From Nitrospirota bacterium (GTDB lineage: Bacteria; Nitrospirota; UBA9217): a stretch of 64,000 nucleotides of DNA. The position numbers and the translations under genes are program-made. Shown here one piece after another: positions 54,133 to 64,000 of the stretch; within the stretch, counting starts at the first letter, position 1, and each line of letters starts with the position of its first letter. Under the pieces are notes generated by a model. It did no database searches and was not told where the DNA came from. It saw nothing but the letters and a program-made list of their open reading frames with translations. The stretch spans positions 64,001 to 128,000 of the forward strand of contig CAWJQQ010000005.1 in NCBI GenBank assembly GCA_963845065.1, in the 5' to 3' direction.

Positions 54133-55312
54133 TCAAGTTAGCCGCTCCGTGGCAGAGAAGCATTGACCGCTTCCTTCCTCCACCGTCACCTCGCTTGATA
54201 TTTTCTGAGTGGTTGCCGTGTTTCCGGCTTGTGGAACGACCCTGTTTCGGTGTGAGAAATGTGGGGAATACCATACAATTCATCGCTCCTGCGGCAACCG
54301 CCATTGTTCAACGTGTCAGCACCACAAGACCCGGCAGTGGCTTTCGAAACAACTGGATCGCCTGATGCCGGGGCATCACTTCATGATCACCTTTATTATG
54401 CCCCAACAGATTCGCCGGTTCATGCGAGGCTTCTCGCTTCCTCTCATGCCTTGAAAAAGCCGGTTCAAGATCCCAAATTCATAGGGGGCGAAGCGTTGTC
54501 CAATATCTTCCAGGCAAAGTTCAAGACGATATGAAAATAACCGGTCTTTTTGATCAAATCCCGGATGAGGTCTGACAAATCGCCTGGAACGTGAATTCAC
54601 AGGCTTTGGGCGAGAGCGAAGCAGGTCACAAATATCTCGCTCCGTATGTCTTCCAGGTGGCATTGTCGAATACCCGCATTGTGAAAGTAGATGACCAGTC
54701 GATTTTCATCCGCTACAAAAAAAGCGGCAGTAATCGCTTCCGAACGCTGGTTCTCGTTGTGATGGAGTTCACGTGGCGGTTTTTCGAGCACGTCCTGTAG
54801 ACGGGGTTCATGTAGGTGCGGTACTACGACCTTCTGAATCCCGCGTGCAAAGTTCCGGTCGAGAACATCAAGGTGTTGATCGAACTCGCCTACGGATTCG
54901 AGATAACCACTGCTGAAACCGAGGCAAAACCTCTACAGCCTCATCCGACCTGTGGATGTTGCGGCGGTGCCCTCAAAGTGCTGTTCGACTCTCCGCCGTA
55001 CCAGTATATAGCTCGGGCCGGTTAGTTCACAACGAAGGTTCTGATGTGTAATGGCCTTTTCTGTGTATGCACTCCCGTGGGTAGCATCCGCAGCGGTAAC
55101 GTACCTATGCGCCAATTCAAGAGAAATAGAGCTCGAGCAAGAGTATGCGTGTGATCGTGATACCTAGCGATTTGAAGAGGATCTGACTGAAAGATGTTTT
55201 CTTAACACACAACCCTGCAATTCCTGCATCCGCAATAAGAACCTATCTCGTCCTGCCGCTTCGGGCTTCTTGAACCTTGGATTGATACGACGTGAAGATG
55301 TCATCTCAATCC
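54133..55312 (+). mobile_element. Degraded, internally deleted copy of the integrase/IS91-transposase element
   Basis: HRSCGNRHC..CQ, YLAPYVF, RYY and CGCCGG fragments homologous to 57514-58611; both end motifs retained; integrase absent. Confidence 0.85.
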
Positions 55313-55615
55313 TGATAGGATGAACCTTTCGAGTTATTATGAATCTAAATAATTACATTTTTCAATCTGAATTTGCGACACGAAGTTGCGTAATTGAATG
55401 TACAGAGAGATGGAAAGTCACCTCTACTGTACCTGGTGTGTTCCCATCAGTACCTTGTTATGATACGCGTAATTGTCTCAGGGCTGGTGATCTGTACCCA
55501 GATTTGCATTTAGAACAGATTTCATAAGGAAATAGTACATCAAGTTTGAGTTAGAAAACTTCAATACTAAAACTATCGAGGAGCAAGTCACCTGTACGAA
55601 TCTTGCTGATTTATT

Positions 55616-56695
55616 TCAGGTCACAGAATCGGTTCCTTTTTTCGGCATCGGTGGAATTTGCGTAGGGGACATCTCGGGTCCAAGCAATATCGCTATCCAC
55701 CGTGTGCTTTTGTGATTCTCGCACACATACTTCAATGTCATGGTCAAGGGTATACTCAGAACCACACCGATAATACCGAGCAGGCCTCCCCAAAAAATCA
55801 GAGAAAGAAATACAACCAGCGTGGACAGCCCAAGCCTCCGACCCATGAGCATCGGCTCGACCACGTAGCCAAGAATGAAATCAACGGTCAGATATCCGAT
55901 AGCCGTGAGCAAGGCACGGCCTATCCCGAACTGAATAAGTGCGAGAAAAATTGCGGGAACGGCTGCGATAATGGCGCCGACATTAGGTACATAGTGGAGT
56001 AAAAATGCCAGGAAACCCCACAGAATGGGGAAATCCACGCCGAGAATAGACAGCCATATCCAGATCAGAACACCGACTGTCAAACTAATCGCCGTTTTAA
56101 TGAACATATAGCGGTTAATATCATAGACGAACCTCATAAACCGGTGAAAATCCTTCTGCGGATCACCAAGAATGGCGCGGAGTTTAACGGGAAAACTCGA
56201 GGCTTCAAGAAGTATGAAGGCTACGGTGAGCAGAATCAAGGCGATTTCAAACAGTGCCGAGCCCAGCTCCTTGAGAAGGCTGGCGGTTAAGCTCCTTACC
56301 GATTCGGGTTTGATCTGATCGAACAGAAACAAGTCCGAGAACGGGATACCCTTGGCTGCCAAAAACGTCCGGAGCGATAAAATATGTTTCTCTAAGCGCA
56401 TCTGATAATCCGGGAGATCGGCGTAAAAACTTTTAAGGGACGTGCCGACGAGTCCTCCGATAACCACTAGAATAGTAGCCATGCCTGCCACCACGAGCAC
56501 CACCGCGACTACATGAGGAATGCGTTTCTGCTCAAGCCAGAGGACCGACGGTGTGCCGATGGCAGCCAGGAAGATAGCGACGAGAAACCATACCAAGACC
56601 GATTGTGCCTGATGAATGCCCCCAGTTATGATTGCGAGCGCTGTCAAAATGATGAGTATGCGTGTTCCGCGGTGGGGATCACTCTGTTCTGTCAT
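55616..56695 (-). CDS. AI-2E family transporter
   Basis: Y...KT.ISL, WGFLAFLL.YVPNVG, EP.LMG..LGLS, FWG.LLG..G..LSIPLT. Confidence 0.9.
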   Translation of the reverse strand: MTEQSDPHRGTRILIILTALAIITGGIHQAQSVLVWFLVAIFLAAIGTPSVLWLEQKRIPHVVAVVLVVAGMATILVVIGGLVGTSLKSFYADLPDYQMRLEKHILSLRTFLAAKGIPFSDLFLFDQIKPESVRSLTASLLKELGSALFEIALILLTVAFILLEASSFPVKLRAILGDPQKDFHRFMRFVYDINRYMFIKTAISLTVGVLIWIWLSILGVDFPILWGFLAFLLHYVPNVGAIIAAVPAIFLALIQFGIGRALLTAIGYLTVDFILGYVVEPMLMGRRLGLSTLVVFLSLIFWGGLLGIIGVVLSIPLTMTLKYVCENHKSTRWIAILLGPEMSPTQIPPMPKKGTDSVT

Positions 56696-57513
56696 TGGCA
56701 AATACCCCTTCAACAAAAGTTTAGTGTTTCTGTGCGCCACGGAGGAATACGGAGAACCTAATGATTTGCTTCTCAATTTTACCCCTTAGAGATAATGCGT
56801 CTCTAACGGGGTAAACATTAATCCTTGAGGATGGAAATATAAAGTTGCCATTCATGATCCCGAATTCAAATTAATACAATGAAAAGTATTTACTATAATA
56901 CTATAAAATGTATCAACGCCTATTCTCAGTAACCGCTATCGATACTTTTAGGAAGAACCTGTCGCGATAACTATACCCCAGAAAAATAAGGACAGGTCGT
57001 TGAATATTTTGACAGTGAGCCTTCAAATGGGTGACCATACGAGGGTCGTGCAGGAAACATGCTGGCTACCCTCTGTACACCTCTTTATTTCGCTCATTTA
57101 TGTGACATCGTGTCGCACATACCTGCTGTAATGTGCGTATTTCAATAATAATTATAAGTTAGAATGTACTTACTTATTTGTCAAGTAGAATCAATAAGGA
57201 TTGTGACGACATCTTCACGTCGTACTCAATCCATAATTCAAGAAGCCCGGAGCGGCAGGATGATGACCGATAGTCTCTATATATAGGGTAATGCTTCGAG
57301 GGGTCGTTTTTGGTTAAAGCCTGAATGGGCAGTTTATGGAGAGTGAGAGCTCGTGTCGGTCTGATTATAAAAAAACAAACGTGATTCCCATTATACTCAC
57401 ACGCAGAAATCATCGCCTGATCCGCTCGCGCGGCCGAACGGGAGCGTTGACCCGCAGATGATGCCTGCGGGATCTTACACGAGAAACACGTGGTGAATCA
57501 AAATCGTCGGATG

Positions 57514-58611
57514 CTATCCGGCGCGTGCCAGGTGCTGCGGCGGAGAAATCGAAATCACTTTGAGAAAGCCACCGCAGCACCCGCATGTTGGATGAGGCAT
57601 TGGGGGCGTCTGTTCGACTTCAGACATCGTCACCTCAAATCCATAAGCCAGCTCAATCAGCGTCCTGATGTTCTCAAGCGGGACTTTGCAGGTCGGGCTT
57701 AAGAAGCCGTAATATCGCACCTTCATGAACCCCGTCGGTAGAACGTGCTGGAGGAAGCGACGCATAAATTCCATCACCTCAAGTTCCAGCGTTCTCCAGC
57801 GATTGCTATTGGTCTTTTTGTAATGAATGAAGATCTGACGATTCTTGACTTTCACGATCCGGCTGTTGGACAAGGCTACCCGAAAGACATAGGGGGCAAG
57901 ATACTTGAGACTCCCTTCGCTGTCGCCCACGGCTTGCGAGTTCACGTTCCAGTCGATGCGCCAGACCTCTTCGGGGATTTGATCAAAAAGGCCTGCTTTT
58001 TTCATCTCATCCTTGAACTTCGCCCGGAAAATGGGAGATAGCGCTTGGACCGGCACATAGAAACCGGTTCCTGACGGTTTCCATGTTTTATCCTCGGACG
58101 AAAACGCCCCACCTACGACGATATAGTGGACATGGGGGTGAAACTCCAGTGTTCTGCCCCATGTGTGCAGGACCCCGAAGAAGCCCGGCAGATCGCCGCC
58201 CATGAACTTGGGGTCGAGAACCAGCTTTTTCATAGCCGCTGAAGAAGCAGAAAACAAGGCAGCATAAGCTGCTCGTTGATTGCCTCTGATGAACCGACGA
58301 ATCTGCTCGGGCACCGTGAACGTGATCATGAAGTGATGTCCTGGCATCCGCCGATCAATCTGTTTTTCGAGCCACTGTCGGCTCTTATGATACTGGCAGG
58401 TCGGGCAGTGACGGTTGCCGCAAGAACGATGGATGGCATGGTCTTTCCCGCAGTCTTCGCAACGGAACCAGGTCGTCCCACAAGCTGGAGTGCGGCAGTT
58501 GATAATTGCGTCTATTGCCTTGCGATGTTCCAGAGGAATCGCTTCGCCAAACCGTGACACGTACTCCGGGGCATAGGTGCGGAAAATCTCATTGATCGTG
58601 TCCATGGTCAA
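57514..58611 (-). CDS. IS91-family (Y2, HUH) transposase with Zn-binding domain
   Basis: SCGNRHCPTCQ, LHTWG..LEFHPHVH, YLAPY, RFLQHVLP.GF.KVRYYG. Confidence 0.95.
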   Translation of the reverse strand: MTMDTINEIFRTYAPEYVSRFGEAIPLEHRKAIDAIINCRTPACGTTWFRCEDCGKDHAIHRSCGNRHCPTCQYHKSRQWLEKQIDRRMPGHHFMITFTVPEQIRRFIRGNQRAAYAALFSASSAAMKKLVLDPKFMGGDLPGFFGVLHTWGRTLEFHPHVHYIVVGGAFSSEDKTWKPSGTGFYVPVQALSPIFRAKFKDEMKKAGLFDQIPEEVWRIDWNVNSQAVGDSEGSLKYLAPYVFRVALSNSRIVKVKNRQIFIHYKKTNSNRWRTLELEVMEFMRRFLQHVLPTGFMKVRYYGFLSPTCKVPLENIRTLIELAYGFEVTMSEVEQTPPMPHPTCGCCGGFLKVISISPPQHLARAG

Positions 58612-59483
58612 AACCCCGTCATGAGCTGGTCGATGATTTTGTAAGCGTCTTCCTGACCCTTGGTGGTCAAATGTAGGTAAATCATCGTGGTCTCAAGGCT
58701 GGAGTGGCCCATATACTGCTGGATGACGCTCAGATTCACGCCGGCTTCGAGCAGGTGAGTAGCATAGGCGTGGCGAAGCGTGTGGATGGAGACGTTGCGT
58801 TTCTGAATACCCGCTGCGCGTACCGCGTTCTGAAGCGCCGCCTGCACCGTACTGTATGAAACCGGTTTCCGAATGTCCGAGCCATCTTTGTATATGCCCC
58901 GTGAGGGAAAAATCAATCGGGGGTTTTTGTGAGTGGCCCAATGCTTCCGCAAAAGAGCATACGTCGTACGGGGAAGCGGAACATAACGGTCTTTAGCGCC
59001 TTTCCCCCGGTGGATATGGATCATCATACGGTGTTTATCGATGTCCGGGACTTCGAGGTGTAGCGCTTCCTGGAGCCGAAGGCCGCAGGAATAGACTGTG
59101 GAGAGGAAGGCGTGGTTGCGAGGAGACGTGACGCGGGAAAGGGTGGCGCGTACCTCTTCGATACTAAGCACAGTCGGAAGCCGGTGTTCAGTTTGCGCCC
59201 GAATGATGCTCAGGATATGCCAGTCACGGCGCAGGACGTTCTCAAAGAAAAAGCGGATGCCGGCATAGCAGACAGCCATGGTTTTGGGCGCCCACTTGCG
59301 AACGTTCCTGCAATGGAGGAAGTATTCCTGAAGCTCTTCTTCGGTGATGAGATCGGGGGTTTTGTTGCCGAAATGCTCAATGAGTAATCGGACTGCGCGT
59401 GTGTAACTTTCTTGCGTTGTGTCGCCCTTACCGCTCAGTTGCAGGGCTTCTTTGGACTTCTCGTACCAGTTTTCCATGACCAT
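58608..59483 (-). CDS. Tyrosine recombinase/integrase
   Basis: YSCGLR, GKGAKDR, HTLRH, MGH, Y nucleophile (TMIYLH). Confidence 0.95.
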   Translation of the reverse strand: MVMENWYEKSKEALQLSGKGDTTQESYTRAVRLLIEHFGNKTPDLITEEELQEYFLHCRNVRKWAPKTMAVCYAGIRFFFENVLRRDWHILSIIRAQTEHRLPTVLSIEEVRATLSRVTSPRNHAFLSTVYSCGLRLQEALHLEVPDIDKHRMMIHIHRGKGAKDRYVPLPRTTYALLRKHWATHKNPRLIFPSRGIYKDGSDIRKPVSYSTVQAALQNAVRAAGIQKRNVSIHTLRHAYATHLLEAGVNLSVIQQYMGHSSLETTMIYLHLTTKGQEDAYKIIDQLMTGF

Positions 59484-59726
59484 ACTCTCCTTGTGCTACA
59501 AGATTGAACTGCATTGGAGATGTATGGTAACACGGAGATTATTCAGGAAATATCAGACAAGGTGGGATGGACGCAGGATGGATGCTTTGCTCTTCTGCCG
59601 CGGAGCGGCTTACTTGAATTAAACATTCATTTGATTAATTTAAAAATCAATTTGACTTTTTACTATGGTTATATTAATTATTAACTATCAACTATGGCGT
59701 CAGCTTGTATAGGAGGTGCCGTTGAG

Positions 59727-60362
59727 ATGATTAGAAAAAACAAATTGCAACAAAAAGTTCGTTTTTCTCAAGATACGGCAGGGCGCATAGTTTCCGAGGC
59801 TACCCGTCTGTTTGCAGAAAAAGGGTATGACGGTGTTTCGATAAAAGAGATCAGCATAGCAGCGGGGGTGAACATTGCGGCTGTCAATTACCATTTTGAC
59901 TCAAAGGCCAATCTTTTCAGGCATATCATTGAGCAGTTCATATCGGATTTATTGGTATCTGCGAGGAAAACGCTTCTGCCTCCTCACGGCCTCGAGGACT
60001 TGAAAGTTCGGCTTGAGATTTTTGTAAGGCAGACGATTGAAGCGATTATCAAACAACCTGACGTTATTTCCATTATCCAGCGTGAACTGGAAAGGAGCAA
60101 TAAAGTTTTTCAAAAAACCATTTTCAAACATCAAGAGGCATTGATGAAGTTTCTGACGCACGCTAAAAAGAGAGGGCTCCTTGCGGCTGATGTAGAACCT
60201 TTTTTTGCGGCGTCATTTCTTTTAGGACAGGTTGTACACGCGAGGAGAAAAGAGCGCGTTTGGAAAAGTCTCTTTGGTCGTTCATCTTCTGATGAAAAGT
60301 TTCGCAACCAATGGATACAGCAATTGCTTCGTTTGTTCCTGGGAGGAGCTCTGGAGAAATAA
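59727..60362 (+). CDS. TetR/AcrR-family regulator
   Basis: LFAEKGYDGVSIKEI...AGVNIAAVNYHF.SK. Confidence 0.92.
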   Translation: MIRKNKLQQKVRFSQDTAGRIVSEATRLFAEKGYDGVSIKEISIAAGVNIAAVNYHFDSKANLFRHIIEQFISDLLVSARKTLLPPHGLEDLKVRLEIFVRQTIEAIIKQPDVISIIQRELERSNKVFQKTIFKHQEALMKFLTHAKKRGLLAADVEPFFAASFLLGQVVHARRKERVWKSLFGRSSSDEKFRNQWIQQLLRLFLGGALEK

Positions 60363-60902
60363 TTCGTCATCGTCTCCTCGATTATGTAGCTGCCGGCCAA
60401 CACATAATCGCTCACAGAAGATACTTTATTTCTAAGGAGCTGCACATGCCCTCATTATTCACCTGCGTCAACAGAAACGGTCTCGTGATTATCCTGGCTC
60501 ATCGAGGGACTGCGTACAGGAAGATTGGGAGTTTTTTTTACAGTTTCGTAGATTCCGGTAATGATAAGGATCAAGGGAATATGCACCGACGACCGGAATC
60601 TTGAGGGCATTTCCCCGGAGCCCTCCCTATCCTGGATATGCCCAGGACGAGTTTATATTTTCCGGCTATATTCAGAAATCAAAAAGCAGGAACTCATTGC
60701 ACAACGTGGTCTCTTTGGATCAGTTTGATAATCCTATACCTTCTTGCTCTATGTGTTTGCAAAAGGTTAAGGATATGCCCACTGTTTGACAAGGCACTTA
60801 AATAGTTTTTCACATCCAGACTTCGATGAGTTCGTTGAATCGTTTGTTAAATAGAGCCAGCTATCAGGAGAGATCGTCTTAATTTAGGGGAGGAAAAACG
60901 CC

Positions 60903-61931
60903 ATGAAGCTCAAAGATCTTGCTAACAAACTCAATGCCGAGTTGGAAGGTCCGGGAGACATCGAGATAATCGGTGCAGCCGGCTTAAACAACGCGGGCGC
61001 TGGGTATATCACCTTCATTACCGAGGAAAATAATATTAGGCAACTGGAACAGTCGGGTGCATCGGCTGCATTCGCGCCTCCGGATACTCCCAAACTGCGG
61101 CTGCCTCTTCTTCGGGTGAAAAATCCACGGCTTGCCTTTGCGCGGGCAATCGAGTTGTTTCATGTGAAGCCCTCCCGACCGATCGGCATAAGCGACAAGG
61201 CAATCATTGGGCAGCACTCGGTTATCGGCGTCGAACCTTCTATTCATCCTTATGCCGTGATTGGCGACAATGTAATGATTGGAGACCGGGTGACCCTCTA
61301 TCCCGGCGTATACCTTGGCAAGGGATCGGTCGTCGATGATGACTGCGTTGTCTACCCCAATGTGTATATCGGGTACGACGTACGGGTAGGCAAACGCGTG
61401 ATCATCCACGCGGGAGCGGTTATCGGCAGCGACGGGTTCGGGTATGCAACGGAAGACGGAAAACACCACAAGATACCGCAGGTGGGCGGGGTAATCATCG
61501 GCGACGATGTGGAGATCGGCGCCAACACTGCTATCGATCGCGCAACCCTCGGCAATACCGTTATCAAACAAGGAACGAAAATCGACAACCTCGTTCAAAT
61601 CGCACATAATGTGACCATTGGAGAGCACTGCATGCTGATCTCACAGGTGGGAATTTCCGGGAGCTGCACGCTTGGTGATTTTGTCGTTCTGGCAGGTCAG
61701 GTCGGCGTAGCAGACCATGTCAGTATCGGCGACCGCACGATGGTTTCAGCCCAGAGCGGAATCATTAAAGACATCGAGCCGGGCCAGATGATCGGCGGGA
61801 CTTACTCCATGCCGCAAAAAGACTGGCTCAAGGTGCAGGCAATTCTTCCGAAATTGCCGGAACTAAGAAAACACATTGCCCATCTTGAGAAACAAGTGCT
61901 GGAATTGGAACAAAAAATATCAGGCAGGTAA
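60903..61931 (+). CDS. lpxD: UDP-3-O-acyl-glucosamine N-acyltransferase
   Basis: Hexapeptide repeats; [28 protein letters not shown]. Confidence 0.96.
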   Translation: MKLKDLANKLNAELEGPGDIEIIGAAGLNNAGAGYITFITEENNIRQLEQSGASAAFAPPDTPKLRLPLLRVKNPRLAFARAIELFHVKPSRPIGISDKAIIGQHSVIGVEPSIHPYAVIGDNVMIGDRVTLYPGVYLGKGSVVDDDCVVYPNVYIGYDVRVGKRVIIHAGAVIGSDGFGYATEDGKHHKIPQVGGVIIGDDVEIGANTAIDRATLGNTVIKQGTKIDNLVQIAHNVTIGEHCMLISQVGISGSCTLGDFVVLAGQVGVADHVSIGDRTMVSAQSGIIKDIEPGQMIGGTYSMPQKDWLKVQAILPKLPELRKHIAHLEKQVLELEQKISGR

Positions 61932-62290
61932 CAAAGGATTTTTGGTTAAAAAACTAAATCATGTGTAAAATTTCCCCTACAGATCAAGAAAAAGAGAACC
62001 CATTGATGAGAAGTCAAAAGTAATGAACAGGATAAGGATAGCCTTCTTTGGGGCTTGCTATTGAACGCCGGTTGGATTCAGCATGACGACGTGGCCACTC
62101 AGACGATCCTCCTGCGGAAGCTCTCTGAGGACATCCAAACCTGGCATCTTTATAACTCTTGTACTGCTGATAGTGGGTGGATGAGTCGTAAAGCATGTTT
62201 TCGATTCTAATGCTTTCCCCTCTGTGTCAATATAACTGAGACACCTCCCCTGTGGTAAATTAGAGTAGAGGGCGGGGAGGAGAAATCTAT

Positions 62291-62794
62291 ATGGTAGCAT
62301 CAAAGATCAAAGCATCCCAGGGAAACGAAGGAGCCCGTAGGGCGACTGAGGTTCCCTGGGGAGGAGCACCTAAAGAAGTCAGTTTGCTTCATGGTGCTGC
62401 TGCGGCCCCACCTGATCCAGAAGTTCCGGTTAAAGCCGCCCGGCGACGTTTTACGGCTGAATATAAGCTGCGCGTTCTGACACTGGCCGATGCCTGCAAT
62501 GAGCCTGGGTGCCTTGGTGAGCTCCTGCGCCGTGAAGGACTCTATGCATCAAATCTCAACACTTGGCGAGGTCAGCGCGATCGCGGCGTACTATCCGGCC
62601 TCGCGCCCAAAAAACGGGGACGAAAGGAAACCGTCCGGAATCCTTTGCGGGTAGAGAACGAGAAACTCCGCAAGGAGAATGACCGGCTTACCAATCGCCT
62701 CAGGCAGGCCGAAATCATCATCGATGTTCAAAAAAAAATATCGGCGATTCTGGGGATCCCGATTGCGACCGACGAGAGTGGAAAGAACGAATGA
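62291..62794 (+). CDS. IS3 OrfA (HTH)
   Basis: RRRFTAEYK, LLRREGLY, coiled coil, IIDVQKK. Confidence 0.88.
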   Translation: MVASKIKASQGNEGARRATEVPWGGAPKEVSLLHGAAAAPPDPEVPVKAARRRFTAEYKLRVLTLADACNEPGCLGELLRREGLYASNLNTWRGQRDRGVLSGLAPKKRGRKETVRNPLRVENEKLRKENDRLTNRLRQAEIIIDVQKKISAILGIPIATDESGKNE

Positions 62795-63810
62795 TGGAAG
62801 CCGCCCATACTCTTTCCTCTGATATCGGGATCAAATCAGCATGTGCATCGCTCGACATCCCTCGTTCCGGGTTCTACCGGACACAGGCGCGGAAAAATGC
62901 GCCTCCCATGGAGCCGACGAAACGTCCGAGCCCGCCGCGTGCTCTGTCTTCAGACGAACGGCAAGACGTACTTGACGTCCTTCATTCTGAGCGGTTCGTG
63001 GACAAGGCGCCCCAGGAGGTCTATGCAACCCTATTGGATGAAGGCGCATATCAATGCTCTATAAGCACCATGTACCGCATCCTCGACGCGAACCAGGAGG
63101 TCAAGGAGCGCAGGAACCAGCTCAGCCACCCCGTGTATCAGAAGCCGGAGCTTCTGGCTACTGCGCCGAACCAAGTCTGGTCCTGGGACATTACCAAGCT
63201 TTTAGGCCCGGCAAAATGGTCCTATTTTTACCTCTACGTGATCCTGGATATCTTCAGCCGCTACGTCGTCGGCTGGATGGTCGCCCCCAGGGAATCGGCT
63301 GCCTTGGCGGAAAAGCTTATCAAGGAAACCTGCGCCAAGCAGAATATAGAAAAAGGGCAGCTCACAATACATGCGGATCGTGGCTCGTCCATGAGGTCGA
63401 AACCGGTCGCCTTGCTCATGGCCGATCTGGGCGTCACCAAGACCCACAGCAGACCGTATACGAGCGATGACAATCCTTTTTCAGAGTCTCAGTTCAAAAC
63501 GCTCAAGTACCGGCCGGACTTCCCCGATCGGTTCGGCTGCATTGAGGACGGCCGGGGATTCTGCCAGGTCTTTTTCCCCTGGTACAATACCGAGCATCAT
63601 CACTCCGGCATTGGGCTGCTCACGCCGGAGTCTGTCCACTACGGACTCGCGCTGGACGTGCTGAAAGCCAGGGGCGAGGTGCTTCGTACCGCCTATGAGG
63701 CACATCCTGAGCGGTTCGTGAAAAAAGTTCCTGTTCCTCCCTCATTACCAGACGCCGTTTGGATTAACAAGCCTAAACCGGTCGCTGTGAGCGAGGAGAA
63801 AGTACACTAA
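62791..63810 (+). CDS. IS3 OrfB DDE transposase
   Basis: WSWDIT, DIFSR, HADRG, DNPFSESQFKTLK. Confidence 0.93.
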   Translation: MMEAAHTLSSDIGIKSACASLDIPRSGFYRTQARKNAPPMEPTKRPSPPRALSSDERQDVLDVLHSERFVDKAPQEVYATLLDEGAYQCSISTMYRILDANQEVKERRNQLSHPVYQKPELLATAPNQVWSWDITKLLGPAKWSYFYLYVILDIFSRYVVGWMVAPRESAALAEKLIKETCAKQNIEKGQLTIHADRGSSMRSKPVALLMADLGVTKTHSRPYTSDDNPFSESQFKTLKYRPDFPDRFGCIEDGRGFCQVFFPWYNTEHHHSGIGLLTPESVHYGLALDVLKARGEVLRTAYEAHPERFVKKVPVPPSLPDAVWINKPKPVAVSEEKVH

Positions 63811-64000
63811 ATTCGGTCGCGGGGTGTCTCAAAGTCATTGACAAATTCCGTTCCCGCCATGCGATCTAGAACATATACCTAATTCAGAAAGAACAGCGTA
63901 CTACAAGTTACAATTGAGGTCGGATGTCAATAGTGGACACTATGCCTTTCATGCTGCAAGCTCCTGCGTAGTATTTTTGTGCATAAACCGCAGGGGAGAG

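Larger units (their letters stand above)
57198..59618 (-). mobile_element. Tyrosine recombinase + IS91-like transposase element
   Basis: Two overlapping ORFs bounded by imperfect inverted motifs at 57237-57258 and 59595-59618, plus a hairpin at 57198-57232. Confidence 0.85.
62225..63843 (+). mobile_element. IS3-family insertion sequence, apparently intact
   Basis: IRs TGTCAATATAACTGAGACACC / GGTGTCTCAAAGTCATTGACA; orfA and orfB in the -1 arrangement. Confidence 0.9.

Noticed and set aside
57514..59483. Integron integrase with a cassette array
   Set aside because: The recombinase is short, lacks an evident IntI insertion, is coupled to an IS91-type transposase, and no attC array was seen.
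62014..62200. IKMPGLDVLREL receiver-like fragment
   Set aside because: Too short and degraded to call.
1..64000. CRISPR array, rRNA, tRNA, and the many antisense ORFs in the track
   Set aside because: No regularly spaced repeat-spacer series or RNA-gene signature was seen; the antisense ORFs shadow well-supported genes.

Overview
Bacterial genomic window. Gene content and style suggest Nitrospirota or Desulfobacterota, but this is an inference. Membrane-lipid genes dominate. (i) A ceramide/sphingolipid operon (cerR-like SDR, serine palmitoyltransferase-like enzyme, bCerS-like GNAT; 9.4-12.7 kb) lies tail-to-tail with an AUR1/IPC-synthase-like PAP2 gene. (ii) A partly decayed hopanoid cluster (26.7-41 kb) has intact hpnG, shc, hpnA and hpnH, broken hpnI, idi, EamA and DUF116, plus a CruF/DUF422 protein, a START lipid-binding protein, a POTRA-less Omp85 barrel and an orphan bcsG. 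(iii) A solitary lpxD and a hyaluronan-synthase-like GT2 lie further on. Signalling genes include two HD-GYP proteins, an SBP plus hybrid kinase, and a c-heme-motif LytS-type kinase with LytTR. Mobile DNA includes IS481-like, IS110, IS1380, IS256, IS1595 and IS3 elements, an IS200/605-like palindromic mini-element, and two inverted copies of a tyrosine-recombinase/IS91-transposase element around an AI-2E gene. About a dozen pseudogenes are not evident from the ORF track. There is also a candidate RAPP ribosome-arrest leader peptide. No rRNA, tRNA or CRISPR array was seen. All family calls come from motif recognition by eye, not from database searches.
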